DNA from: Penicillus capitatus
Lineage: Eukaryota; Plantae; Chlorophyta
Direction of reading: 5' to 3'
Assembly (NCBI GenBank): GCA_965649825.1
Contig: OZ287701.1
Location: 1,105,101-1,169,100, forward strand
DNA: 64,000 nucleotides
Shown here piece by piece: positions 48,180 through 61,063 of this stretch. Numbering within the stretch: the first letter of the stretch is position 1; each line of letters begins with the position of its first letter. A model generated the notes under the pieces. That model did not search any database and was not told the DNA's origin. It saw only the letters and a list, made by a program, of their open reading frames with translations. Both the position numbers and the translations under genes were made by a program.

Positions 48180-48514
48180 TGAATGTTGTTTTTGGACTTA
48201 AAACAGATTGTATGCGATTCAGAACACAAGTGTAAACTTAGATGTTAAACGAAAGGTGGTTTATGTGCCCGAGCCTCGCTTAAATACTCAATCCCTGATG
48301 TGACGACAGGAAAAATCGATGAACTTCAAGAGTGAGTTCGCATTGAGATTCTCAATGAGACTAGGAAGTTCTATCTGAACTTCTAGAAGTTTCCTAGGAA
48401 CTTCTTAGGAACTCACTCCTAGTCATCCCGACTTATTTGCGACTCAGCAGTGACAGTTACGTCGCACAGCCAAAGACGCGACAAGTGCCAAGTGACAGAA
48501 ATGTCACTATTACA
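48180..48514 (-). repeat. Probable solo LTR (TG...CA) inside G2
   Basis: Flanked by TAGAC(G) on both sides, with one or two extra G on the left; AT-rich; minus-strand TATA GAGTATTTAAG; splits the G2 RT/RNase H region. Confidence 0.7.
48380..48394. promoter_or_regulatory. Heat-shock-element-like motif nTTCnnGAAnnTTCn
   Basis: cTTCtaGAAgtTTCc within a cluster of GAA/TTC inverted repeats in the solo LTR. Confidence 0.5.
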
Positions 48515-49520
48515 TAGACGTCCCGTCACCGTTCCGTCAGAATTGCGCCATTCTTTCACAATGCTCACAGGTAGGTCTGAAGACACTCAGGACTCCTAGG
48601 ATCTTCCGTAATTGCCGGGAAGTCGACGCTGTCGGTAATTTATCGACCTGCTGCTTGAAGTAGCTCTCGAGACCGAATACCCCTTCGGAGATATCGAAGC
48701 CTAGGAATACCACCGATGGTTTCGCCAACTGGATCTTAGTCACGTTGAGGTGGAGGCCGTATCGGTCTAGGCGGTCGAGCACTTGTTCTAGCGCGACGTC
48801 GTGTTCGGTCCTCGTCGCTCCTCCTATCAGGATGTCGTCGCCGTACGTCACCGACTCGGTATCCTCGAGGATGGACCGGACTCGGCTGCTGAACAGCCCC
48901 GGAGAGCTCGACCAACCCATCGGGAGGACTCGGTAGGTCCATCGCTTTGAGTCCCACTCGAACCCGAACAGCTGCTGTAGGTCCCAATCGATCGGCAGGT
49001 GGAAGAATCCCTGCGCTAGGTCGAGGATCGTGAAGACTATCTAGTAGGGAGGTGTACGCCGCAGCGTCGCCAAGACTCCGGGGTTCACGTTCCGCCACGT
49101 CTCCGATTATCGATTAACCAATCGCAGGTCGATTGTCGGTCGTACCGAACCATTTGCCTTTCTCACCCATAGTACGGGACTGAAATAGGCTCTTTCCTCT
49201 GGCTTCATGTGTCGGATCACTCCTTGGCGCTCCATCGTTTGCAGGGAGTGTCCTTCGTGCTTCCTCAGTGGACACCTCTCCCATACCATACTCCAGGCTT
49301 CGGCTCACCATGGGGATGTCTCTCAGCCGTTGCGTATCGTTTGGGACAAATTTTCCTATTCGTCCTTCGGCGTAGTTGGATCCTCTTGAGTACGCCGACG
49401 CGGTGGACAGCGGGGCTGAGTGAGGAATTTCACGAGCTCCTTTAGCGTTTGCGGGAAGTAGAGATCGAAGCTTCAGGATTCGCGTTATAGGGACTGCTAG
49501 TGGGCAATGCAATGCGGATG

Positions 49521-52500
49521 CTACTGAGGCTTGTCTGGCGAGTCAAAGATGCACTCCCGTTGCGAATGAATGATGTCACTCGATAGAAGAGTGATGCGAG
49601 AATAACCAAACCTGAAAGCGCTTTGGAGCGGTTGGTTGTCGCACAGACACAGGCTCAGATGCCGGTATCTGGAGTGCAGTCTGACGGGAAGGCCCCTAGG
49701 AAGACCAAGAAACCTTGTCCGAATTGCGGACAGCATGGACACACCTTATGGACCTGCCCACAACCAAAGCGATGTCCGTATTGCCTCCGGGAAGACCACC
49801 TTGCAAAGGATTGTCCTCAACATCCTAGAGAGAATTCAACGAACGCTGAGGCCACTGGGCCGTTGTTAGCTGAGGAAGGAACTGAACTGAGAGCTCTATT
49901 GAGACTAGCATCGACCAAGTCGATGGGCCAGGGTCCAGTAGTCGTCGTTTGCTTCACGTGCGTGCTCACCTTGGGACGCTCAGGAGGACGTCCTTCTTGA
50001 CACTGGCAGCTCCGTTAATGTGCTGCCTATCGAACTGGCGAACTCGCTCCAATGGAAGGTGGATCCGGAATGCGAGGAAACTAAGCTTACCCTGGTCGCC
50101 TTTAATCGATCAAGGAGCCACATCGTCGGTCGTGTTCTGTTACCAGTCCGCATTGGCATGTGGAGGGCCACGGTGCCATTTGTGATGACCGACGTGCCGT
50201 CTCAGATCTCAGATCATCCTGAGACTTCCGGCCCTCGCGGACCTAGGAGTGCAAATTGATCCTGCTTACTCCCTCGTTTTGGATCGGGAAGGAAATCAAG
50301 CCGATGCAATCTTACTGAAACGATGCCTCCGGAATTCAGATTCGGAGACCGTACCTCAAAAAACTGAGACTCGTGATCACCCTTCAGAGGCAAGGGCAGA
50401 AGACCTTGCCGCGTCCATTGTGGATGAAGACCCGATCGCAATCCGAGTCAAAGTTTTTGAAGTTGCCTTTTGGAAAGGCCGAGATTCTAGGACCGCGTGA
50501 ACACCGATTGTTTGTCTTTCCATACCGCGTGGAAGGTGCCCTGAGTGGTCTGGTGCCTGTGAGCCAGATTCCGGGTGTATTTTATTCAGTCAGCCTTTCA
50601 CCTAGTGGACAGGTTCGCCTGCAGTGCTATAACAGCCGAGATGAGGCCATCCGTTTTACTCCGAAGACGGCCATCGCGGCGTTGATAGTGCAGGCGGATG
50701 TCACCGTCGAGATTGTGGAAGAAGGAGGACACCTTTGTGCGAACACTAGCGAGGAGGCGATTCCAGGATTGCCGAGCCTCCGCAGACAGTACTCAGATGT
50801 GTTCTCCCGTTCCTCAAGCACTGATCAGGAAAAGCTCTCTGCTCTGACCGTCCGAGCGAATGAGATCCACTGGAAAGTTCCAGTTAAACGAATCCCCCGA
50901 TCCAATCGAGGGATCGAGTATTCAGAGGGAGAGCTATCATAAACTCGGATCCGAGAACATTTGGATGATCTCGAATCTCGACAAATCATTAGAAGAAGAG
51001 TCAGGCTTGGCGCGTCAATTTTTTACAGTCCTGTCTTGTTCCTCCCGAAGCCGAGGTCAAAGACGAAGATTCGGACTGTACAAGATTTTAGATTACTGAA
51101 TTCATATATGCATCCATACAAATTCCTCGTACGACACACGTTCGATTCATCGTTTCAAAACCCTCGCGGAACGACGGTGTCCATTCATGCGAAAAAGCAC
51201 GCTAAAGCCCTCAGGCTCTCGGTCCAGAGGCCTTGACGCCGCCCCCCACCCAAGGCGCAAGGCGGCCGCTCAGACGCCACCACGTGACCGCGCCCCTCCG
51301 CGCGGCGGAATGTACAGTTCTACCCCAGAACCGAGGGACTCTCCAGAACCGGGGGAACCGCCCGACGATGGGAACCTAGAGAGGCTTCTGTACACCCGCG
51401 CGGCCCCCACGGCCGACTTCTGGAACCTTCTATGTCAGCACGAACACCGACTGGCTACGCTGACCGCCATCTCCCTGAAAGGCGTATTCGACGCCGCTGT
51501 CCCAGGTAACCAGCGCGACTCGTCCTGGTCGAAGACGAGGATTCTCAACGCACTCGCCGTTTTCCTCAAGGACTTCAGAGCGACTTCCGCCGTGAAACCG
51601 TCGGAGCTGCCGTGCCCCACAGCAGTGCCGGAACACCCAGAGCAACCTCTCCCTCACCCCGCCCCACGAGACTCCTCGGCCCAGCAGACGGATAGGCACT
51701 CCTTCCGAGTGTCGCGTAGAAACGTCCCCTGTGGCCTGGTCAACATGACTGTGTCTGGAGGTCCGGGGGAAGGTATGTCTTCCGGGCGTGGCACTACGAG
51801 GTCGATACTGGCGTCTTCTGAGCTTCGCTGCGACCCGTAGATCTCTGCGTTGTCAACGATCTGTTCGGCGCCTCGCAGTCGTAGGTCAGAAGCCTCTGCC
51901 TGGCGGAACCGATTGAGACGGTCTTCGAATGTGGGATAGAGTGGCGCGTAGGGTATGGCCGCGCGGTGAACGTCGCGTCCTGCGTTGCGATCTGCCAGGA
52001 TGCAGTAAACGACAAACTTACACAGTAATCGTAAGACAAGAGTCCGTTCAGCCCCCCCTTTTTATGCGGTCCGATGATGCGACTTCCACGAAGGAGTGTG
52101 TCAGCGCGTCATCAGAACCAGAGAAAAGTGCCCCGAGACACAGCTGACAAGACGACCAGCGCCCCCGCGCACAGCTGACCCCCATAAAACTAAGCAGTGT
52201 CACATCGCTCGGCGACACCGAGCATGGATGAAACTCAGCATGGAGGGGATCTCGAAGGCACTCAGTGCTCTGGGAGATACCATGGAATTCCTGGGAGGCA
52301 TCGAGCAAGGAATGACGTTCTCCAGAGAACAACACCAGCACCTGAAGGAAATCGCGGCTTGCGCACATTCGCACCTGCAGGGTCTTGTCCCCGCCTTCCA
52401 GCTCATGAATGACGTGTATCAAGACTGTCGTGCGTCCAAGTGCCGATGACAGCAGCTCGCATCAGAGGAGTCGGAGAGAAGCAGACAGCCCCGCAGCTAT

Positions 52501-55500
52501 CATACGCACAAGTCGCTCGCACTGCCCAGACTTCTGTCCAAAAGCAGCGCCCCGAACAGACCCGAGCGATCAGAAAACACACCCAGGAGATAAAGGCCCA
52601 GATCCGCTGTGATGAGCGTAGTTTCCAGTTCTGCCCAGTTTCCTTGAAAGGCGACCGACCATCACTCCGACAACTTGGCATAGGCCTGGAACGGAAGCTG
52701 AAGCTCCAGAACCTGAAGGCTTGCATCGAAGACATCCGAACCGATCAGGGCGGCAGATTTTACGTCCAGGTGCGAGACGATCATCGCGAGCAGTTCGAGA
52801 AGGCACTGGATCGAGCCCTAGAATGTACGGATGACAGATGGAACATGGTTCTCGAAGACTTGAGCACATTTGCAGTAAACAATCCGTACACCTCGTTCAC
52901 GCGCGACAAAGTACCTATTGTGATTGGAAACGTTGACCTGGACATCGACCCGGAAGCAGCCATCACTGCCATCGCTGATCAGAACGCAACCCGCTGGAAG
53001 ATACCGGCAACAGAACTCGAAGAATCGCATTTTGCGGCCCCGCACCGACTGAATCGCAGAAAGCGGGACTCCTCAGGACAGCCCTTCCCGGAATGGTCAC
53101 CGAGCAAAAACTTGAAAGTCTTCGTTTCGAAGACTCTCCACGAGCAACTGTTTGGGGATCAAAAGGCCGCGTTTGCTACCCTGGACTACATGATATTGCC
53201 CATTCGCCCGTTCGCGCGGTTCCCTAGCGCACCGCGAGGTATCACCTGATCTACCATTTCATTCATTTCTGCCGGTCTATTCTGCTTGGACGCCTGATTA
53301 TTGTTTGCTACACTGAATGTGTACAGTATCACTCCCGATCTTTCCAAAAAGGAGTAAAAGCAATCAATCGAATAAAATATATGCATCCATGGCGATGTAT
53401 ATTCCCAGGGACTCTAGCGACGCTCCGTCGAAATCGACCGGAGTGGATGGTCTTCTCTGTTCTGGATCTATCTGATGGATTCTGGAACATCCCTGTGGAT
53501 GAAGACCTACAACAGACGTTCGGGATGGAATCCCTCCAACATGCACACACTTGGCAGTGACTGCCTGAAGGCCGGAGTGCAAGTCCGGGCCTGTTCCAGA
53601 GCTGTATGATGAGGCTATTTGAGGAGTTTGACAACGTGATTGTCTACATGGATGACCTCCTTCTGGGCTCAACGTCGTTCTCCGCTCATGCCGCCCTCCT
53701 CCACCAGGTCTTGAGCAAGATGAAAGAGTACGGGCTGGCCGTGAACGCTGAAAAGTCTCAGATCGGTCAGAAGGAAGTCAAGTTTCTGGGTTATAACGTG
53801 GAAAATGCCTCCATCTCCCTCAACACGTACCTGGAGGAGCAGTGCAACAACTTACCGCGTGCCAGGACCAAGAGAGAAGTCCGGCGATTGGTGGGAATCA
53901 TGAACCTGTGCAGATCCTCATGCCCCCGATTGGATGCAATTCTGCAGCCGTTGACCGATCTCCTCAAACAAATGACGATGCTGGACTTGGAAACGGTGAA
54001 ATCCTACACGGTGGTGGCCTGGAAGAGCATCCTGACTCAGACGAAGCTGCACTTACTGCACTCAGAGGAGGACCTATATCTAGAGACCGATTGGTCGCAG
54101 ACGGGGTGTGGCTTCGTCCTCTTCTCGGGAGCTCCTGAGCTTGGACGGGTAGTTGCAGTGAACTCAAGAACCCGCGATGAGAAGCATCTGTCCTCTTATC
54201 TGGGAGAGTTACGTACGATCCAGTGGGCACTGGCACAAGTGAAGACCATCAGTTTAGGTCGGAAGATTTACCTGTATAACGATTCTAACTCATGCTGCTT
54301 ACGTCTCAATGGCACGCCAAAGGCAGGTGATCTTCTGGATGTTCGAGTCGCCCGATCGTGGTCTTGGATCTTGGAGAATTATATCTTACCGGGACGACTC
54401 GAAATTGCCTTCCTGCCAGGATTGACGAGTGAGATTGCAGATCTCCTGTCGAGGTGGTCTACTGAGGAGTTAGTCGGAAGCGTAGAGGACCGCGGCGAGA
54501 TCCAGGATCTCATACTTTCAAGACATGCAGCTTGGGTCACTTTAGGGCGGCAGAAACTCGTCGAAGACTACTGCCAGAGGGAATTAGATGCTCGTACAAG
54601 GAAGTCAAGACGGCTCTCCGCGGATGCACTAGTTGTGCCACATTTCGCTGTCGACGTCCGCCACCTCCGCTTGGTCACCTACCTGACCCGTCATCAGCAG
54701 GCGAATTGATAAGCGTGGATGTAATCGGGCCATTGTCTAGAGCTCCGAGAGGCTTCCGGTATATCATCACGCTGATCGATCACCTGACTCGTTTGGGACA
54801 TGCCTACCCTGCGAGAAACCCAACATCGTGCGCGATGATTCGCGCGATCGAGAGGTGGATCGAGGAACGCGGAAAGCCGCGTCGTCTGCTGAGTGACAAC
54901 GCTGTTTATCTTACATCTCGTTTGTTCAAGCAATGGACCCAATCCCAGGAGATCCAGCACATTACCATCCCATCCTACAGTCATAATTCTAACGGGATGA
55001 TCGAGAGGTATAACGAGACGCTCACTGGCCGCCTTCGAAGACGACGGCAAGCTGAAGGAGGGAATTGGCTCAAGCATCTGACCCAGTCGGTTCAAGATAT
55101 CGCTTTCATGCAACACTCTACGATCCGGTTTGTGCCGCAAGAAGCCTGGGACGATCCAGCGATCTGGCCTATGTTGCGCCGGCGGACTACCGCCATGAGA
55201 GATCGGGTGAATCAAGACCGACGTCGGTTTGTAGTCCCTCAACCGGAATATCAAGTTGACGATCGTGTATGGTACTGGGATGAAGCTCGTGCTGAGAGAT
55301 TGGATGCGAAACTGTCTCCCTTTTGGCGCGATCCTTGCGTGCTTAAACAGCAGATTTCGCAGCATGTGTGGGAAGTCTCCGAAGTCGGATCCAAGCGAAG
55401 ATGGTGGGCTCATTCAAGTTTCCTGGCACCGTATCATTCGTCAAGCGGTGTCTAGGCTCGGGGGAGTGTTGAGACGGAAGAATTTAGAAGTGGACATTAT

Positions 55501-55570
55501 CGACATTACCGACTCTTCTGTTAATCATTCGACTTTAGCGACTGACAGCGCGATTCTTAATGGCGTTACA
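49521..55570 (+). mobile_element. 5'-truncated Gypsy element G3 (gag with 2 CCHC knuckles, PR, dUTPase-like, RT, RNase H, integrase, short 3' LTR)
   Basis: CPNCGQHGHTLWTC/CPYCLREDHLAKDC; LLDTGSSVN; YMDD; TDWSQTGCG; integrase 54532-55455; PPT gggggag then TGTTG...GTTACA (55467-55570). Confidence 0.85.
51118..53376 (+). mobile_element. Non-autonomous LINE derivative carrying only ORF1-like sequence, 14-bp TSD
   Basis: TSD ATATATGCATCCAT at 51104-51117 and 53377-53390; ends ...AATAAA; ORF 52440-53249 has SYAQVA and RLNRR..KVFV..LDY..IRPF ORF1-type features; no endonuclease or RT; the G3 RT frame YMHP|WRC is restored on removal. Confidence 0.85.
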
Positions 55571-56849
55571 AGACTAGCCAGTCGTATCCCACTCGCAGCC
55601 GGCGTATCGCTGGGATGCTGGCTCCTTTCTTGCCCCAGTCGACGCCGTCTCTCGGTAGTTGCCGCAGCCAATATCCGACCGCGATTCCTCCGTTTACGAC
55701 CCCCAGCCACTGGAGGATTCCAACGGCGACGTGCTCCACCTCTCGAAAGGCTTCCAGCAGATCCTTAAGCTCGTCGCTGATCTGCGCTGACCACCCTTTC
55801 GGGTCGGTAAGTATGATCCATATTTGGCTCGCGCCGAATCTCCGTAGCTCGGCCGCCTTCTCCACCAATTCCGGCATGCACTCGGCGACTCCCGCGCAGA
55901 CATCCTCCGGCGCCGGCACCAGCGGCACCCGGGTCCGGAACACAGAGCTCCACCCCATGCCCACCATGCCGATCCGGAAGTCTGTCGTCGGTCGCCTTCC
56001 GTGGCGCTCCGCTCCGATCCGTCCACTGGCAGCTCCCTGTGCTCAACAAACCGGTCTCCCACGGGCTGGGTTGACGCGCGGTCCCCTGTGTTCCTCCCGG
56101 CCTCGTGATCACGGCGGTCGCTCCATGCGCCGCAACAAGACACCAGATCGCCAACGATCCGAAACCAACTGTAAAATCGCGTCTCGGGCCCATGACGAAG
56201 GACACTCTTCGACGCCCAGAAGAACGCTCACTTACAAAATGGTCAACGTTCGACAAAGGTAAACGCTGGAAATTCGATACGACTGTTCGGCTTCCTCCTT
56301 TATTCTCTTGCCGCCATTCGTCTCTCTCATTCCCCCTTTATTCATCCTAATCACGGGTCGGGTTTCACACAAATGCAGGACGGCCATTGTTACAAAATAG
56401 AATGACCGATCACAAGAAAAATGTCAACATTTATGCCTTGTTGCAACAGCAGCATGACGTTATGGTGTCGTCATGCTTCTTGTAATGATGTGACCTGTTC
56501 CCCTTTCTTTCTTCTTCCCACTTCATCTTCAGGTCCACGACAGTATCTACAGGTTCATATTTCACGTATTTATACGGTGCATGCGACATGACTTGTCTTG
56601 GCAGGTGAGTTACCCACCTCTCAGAGCCATGGAAAAGGAACCCTGAGATGACATAAACCCCTCATGAGTGCCCCTTGGGAGATAGAACCCCTAAGTAACG
56701 AGGCAATCACGATGTGACAGCCAAATTCTACTAACCAACATACGTGCACGATCAAAGAATTGTAACTGCGATCTGCACGTTTTTGCAAACAGACAGCACG
56801 CCGCAAACGCGCACTGCTTCACCTTTCCGAGCAAAACCCCCACAGTACC

Positions 56850-57978
56850 GGTTCTTCTAGATTAATCAAACGATTTTAGAAGAGTGAGATTTCTCTTGCT
56901 GATGAATCTGTGTAATATTTCGAGTCGATCCAGTAATCTTTCATGCAGATTTCTGCGTCCATACAGTAATGCTATTCACCTCAGTCAGTTGGATGGTCAA
57001 CGGTGACTGAGAAAATGATTCTGCATTCAAGCCAGAGGTTCTGGATGCTTTGTTTGTTGCTCCCGACTGTGCTGCTGCCATAGGGCGACAAAGTGGATCG
57101 ACAATCCTCGTTACGACTACCGGCGCCGTCCATACAAAGTTTATCCAGAGTGTAGGGATCGCATGGCATCCGGCCACGTGGTCGCTCCGACGCGCGGCAA
57201 CGCAACGGAGGAACTTGACGTGAGTCAATGCGAAGACTACAGGTCGGGGAACACGGTCAGCTAAATACCCCGAGCGACCCTCGGCCTCACGTCGCGCTAC
57301 GAAGCTGCGACGTGTCTGGTCCGCGGGCAGGAAACCGTTCCCATACTCAGATCACAGATCCATCTCCTCAGTCCGGGATATTCCCCGTTCAGCAAGGACG
57401 CACAGAACGCGATCGCCGGATTGAGGCAACGAGTCAGCAGAGTTGTGCCTTGCTTCTACAGACTTCTTCTTGCAGACTTGATGGCTCGGTATGTCGCGAC
57501 ACCTAGTCTTCCGTCTCTGACTGCTTGGCCGAAGTCCATGTCCACTGCATCTGCTTGTTCTCGCGTGAACAAAGGCTGAAACACGCCGCCTCTTGGGAAA
57601 AGCTTGCGGTTTCTTACAGGTGCGACATTCCCAGTCTTCGGCTCCATTGACAGGGAGTTCAACGCGAACCCTAGGACGACTGCGACTGTAGCGAATCCGG
57701 TTGCGGTCGCGTGCGAGTCTCGCTCCGAAGCCATGTAGACAAGGGTCACAAACGTGGCAAGCAGCAGTTCTAAAGGATGAACTGCAATCGTCTTAAAGAG
57801 TTGTCACGCAGGAGGCGCCGCGCTAAACAAACGTGCACAACGGAAGGCTTCACAGCTTATAGAGCAATGTTGTTTGTCGACAGAATGCGCCCATTTATAT
57901 GTGGAATGGGACACGACTTAACAGGTTAGGTGATTCATCCAACGCTCAAGGCCATACGAAAGTGCCCCTGACAAGACA
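56850..57978 (-). mobile_element. 5' remnant of an LTR element G5 (LTR ~57734-57978, PBS, decayed gag region)
   Basis: Minus strand ...TTGTCTACA|TGGCTTCGGAGCGAG (PBS 57718-57733); TATA-like CATATAAAT in the LTR. The outer boundary is uncertain. Confidence 0.6.
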
Positions 57979-58159
57979 TTGAGTGCCTCTTCAAGAACAG
58001 AACACCTCAGAATCGAGGCAGATGATGTGACTTCCACGCGAGAGAGTGACCAAAGTCGAATGTCTTTACAACGTTCCTTTTCGTCAGTGTACATTCTGCA
58101 GATTCTTGTCAGTTCTCACAACGGTATGGACGCGTCTTTGCTCATCGATACGCATTGCA

Positions 58160-58718
58160 TGGGCAATTCGAGGTCTCCTATATCCTCGAAGCCGACTCTT
58201 CATGGTTCAAGTTTGTTTTCTTTTTTGGGTTTCAAATGCTGGTAACCGTAACCATGCTGAATTTGCTGATCGCCGTAATGACACAATCGTACTCCAAAGT
58301 CAAGCTGCTGTTCGCAAAGGAGCGCATCACAGTGGTATCTGCGTGATCTAGTTATCGGAGAATCATCGCTCTCGCTACAATAGCGGGAGAGCAAGTATGA
58401 TCGATGAGCTAGAGGCTCTAAACATTCCGTCCATCTTCTGCGGCGAGATGCATCCTTACATCCACTTCTTAGTGGTTGAAAACAAACCGAGGTGCGGTCT
58501 CTCTCCTCTGTGCGTCTAGCACTGGGTTTTGTTGCAGGGTCTCTCAGGAAGCCCCTCGGGCCAGTTGCGTAGCTCCGGATGGGTCCCTTGAGGAACTGAG
58601 ACAGAAAGTAGATTCGATGACAAGCCAAATCAAGGTCTTCTGCGCATGCGCACATTGCTGCCTGACGCGTTCTCTCTGCCGCCAGATATTGATCGATCTG
58701 CTGAATACGAAGCAGTAG
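58160..58718 (+). pseudogene. TRP channel paralog D, 3' fragment (pore-S6-C-terminus) of A-type
   Basis: GQFEVSYILEADSSWFKFVFFFGFQMLVTVTMLNLLIAV, then near-identical to A; upstream exons are absent. Confidence 0.8.
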
Positions 58719-59303
58719 GTGAAGACAACAGGAGTATGCAGTTTTTCTGTTTGTCCTAAGAAATGCCTTTGCCTGGCACGGTTCCAGATTTTTAGCTTTC
58801 CCGAGTAACAGAATCTCCGAGAAATATCTTCGAGGCGCATCTTTAGCGCGGTCTCGACCTTCTCGGTCATGAACTGACAGAGTGCGGACCCGGCGTCCTC
58901 TTCTGGCGAATTCTTTAGCCGGCAGTATGGTTGTTTGCATTCAATATGTCAAGCGGTCAACAGTCCGGGAGAGGACGGGCGATTGCGGTCGGGTCCTCTG
59001 TCGATGAAATCTTTCTTCTTATCTAGCGAAGGCACTGTTCTTAGCCAATGATAAACCGATCCCGCAAACGTTGTATCATTCATTGTGCACAATGACAGCC
59101 CTTTCTATGGAAACCGGCACAAGTGCGGCAACAGCCACACTTGACCTTCCGCAGTCTCTGCCCTCTCGCGCGATACGCCGATCGCAGCGGCCGATCGCTT
59201 GGGGAAACGAACGCCGTCTGCTGTGCATCTTTCTTTATTGTTCGTCTCAACTCATCAGTCGTACTGTTCAGCCATTCTATCAGCGCATCATAAGGAATCA
59301 ATT

Positions 59304-60838
59304 CTAAAAGAGATTCAGGAAGAATGAGACTAAAGGGGAGAGTCGAATCCACAGCATCATGTCTCCATTCGAATTGAGAGGTTGAAAGGCCAGCGGAACG
59401 TCGTCGAACATCTTCACAAGATCATTGAGGCACTCCGTTCGATGCTGCCGGCCACACACTCCTCTTCACGCCATGCTGCTGATCGGAAGAGTGCATACCC
59501 GACTGTGGTGCGCATCGCTGCTGATGCCTTTCACTTTGAACGGTCCCTTTCCGGAATCCGTCACCCTGTTCAAAGGCAGACGTTTTGTGAGTCCGTCCGT
59601 CCGTTGGGGAGAGATGACCATGGACTGTTGACGAATTTCGCCGGATCGGAACTGTAGTTGGCGATCAGAAGCTGCATCGCAATGTCTTCGCAGTTGCTGA
59701 CCCAGAGACCAAACCCTTTAGGGGAACAAACACACGGTGTCTTACTGTTTTGCATCGACGTAGTCTCGAATGCTCTGCGGCATCCTTTCCGAAAAGATCG
59801 TCAAGTAAGCTGCATCGCACACATTGCCCGCCCTCGTGCACACATCCAAGAGACGCAGACCTCCGTGGAACAGTGCGGCTTTCGTGAGAAGCATCGAGTA
59901 TCTCCCTTCAACGTACGTCTTCGTCCCCAGGAAGTATTCGTATCTGCGGCGCAGACGTGAACGTGTGCACGAGAGAGGGCGTCTGTACGTGCATCCTTCG
60001 TCGATGCTGTGTGCCCGTGGGAAGAACCCGACCAAAGAACTCTTGCTCTCTTTCCAGACCTGCTCGTCTCAACAGCCATCTCGAAGAGAATCGGGCGTCG
60101 GGGATACGTGCTTTGAAAACTCTGTGCAGATCTGAGCACGTTGCGTAGATATCGTCGTCGATGCTCATGACAGCCTCCGTCTCTAAACCTACGCAGCACT
60201 CGTGGACGCGCTCTCACTCGCGAAGACGTGAAGTACTCTCCAGCGGAGCGAATCGATTGTTCAGACTGGTGCCGTTCATGACATCGTAGAGCACGCTGAC
60301 ACCTTTGGCATCGATTCTGGCAGGCGGCGGCTCTCCGTCTTCGCACCAGACGACACGAATCTGGTGCACGATCGACGTGCACTTGGAGTAGTGCCGGATC
60401 GATCGCTGCATCAGGTCCAGTCGATGAAAGGAATTCAGCATCAGCGTCAGCCGATTCTCGAACAGAACTGGAACCGACAGGTCCATGCGAGCAGCCTCGC
60501 AGAGACACGCACCGGGCTGGTTGGAATGGACCGGCAGGGGCGGTACCGTTTCAGCAGGACGTCGCCGAACGCAGTGGTGCATCTCTTCGGCAAGCCGTGG
60601 TCTCCCGTTCAGAATCGTCCCCATGAACATGCCTATGACCGAGCGGTTCGTGGAGGTGCGCAGGAGGGCGGTCGTGACATGGGACGACGAACAGGAGCAG
60701 CCAGGGCCCTGTGCATAGATGCAGGCTTCTCGGTCGCCAGAATCGAATGGGCGCGGAATTCGGACGGGCGGCTTTTGAGCGACAGAAGGCAAAGAACGAC
60801 GGCCGACGTCGTTTTCCGCGATCGGACTCTAAATCCAT
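59304..60838 (-). CDS. Glycosyltransferase family 64, copy 3 (apparently intact)
   Basis: Near-identical to copy 1, with the same exon structure and DxD motif. Confidence 0.86.
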
Positions 60839-61063
60839 TTCTCACCACCTCGTCGGCGAAACGGACGGAATGCCTCTTTTCACACAGAGAAGACGCTCCG
60901 CGGTCGTACGGTCTTGCCTAGGGACGTCCCATCGCGTCACCTCACGAATCGCTGCGCAGGGACACAACACAGACACTGTTTACATTGGACATCGACCATC
61001 CATCTATCGAAAGCAATCGTCTAATAATTGGCGTCAACTCAACGCCTTCGGCTTGGTATCGCA

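Larger units (their letters stand above)
41073..56369 (-). mobile_element. Old minus-strand Gypsy G2 (possibly a composite of two related elements) hosting three insertions
   Basis: 3' LTR 41073-41281 and 5' LTR 56170-56369 (TGTGAAACCC...TTTTACA, clearly diverged); PBS TGGTTTCGGA at 56167; gag remnant 55571-56100; RT (YGDD) 48515-49500; RNase H 47550-48117; integrase with WLGPF split by G4. Confidence 0.72.

Noticed and set aside
48360-48410. FLP/FRT-like recombination site (GAAGTTCCTA...GGAACTTC resemblance)
   Set aside because: Spacer and arms do not match FRT and no tyrosine recombinase is encoded; it is better explained as LTR palindromes/HSE.
52074-52100. 18-nt near-match GATGATG(C/T)GACTTCCACG with ~58020
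   Set aside because: It is short, does not extend convincingly and has no structural context; it may be chance.
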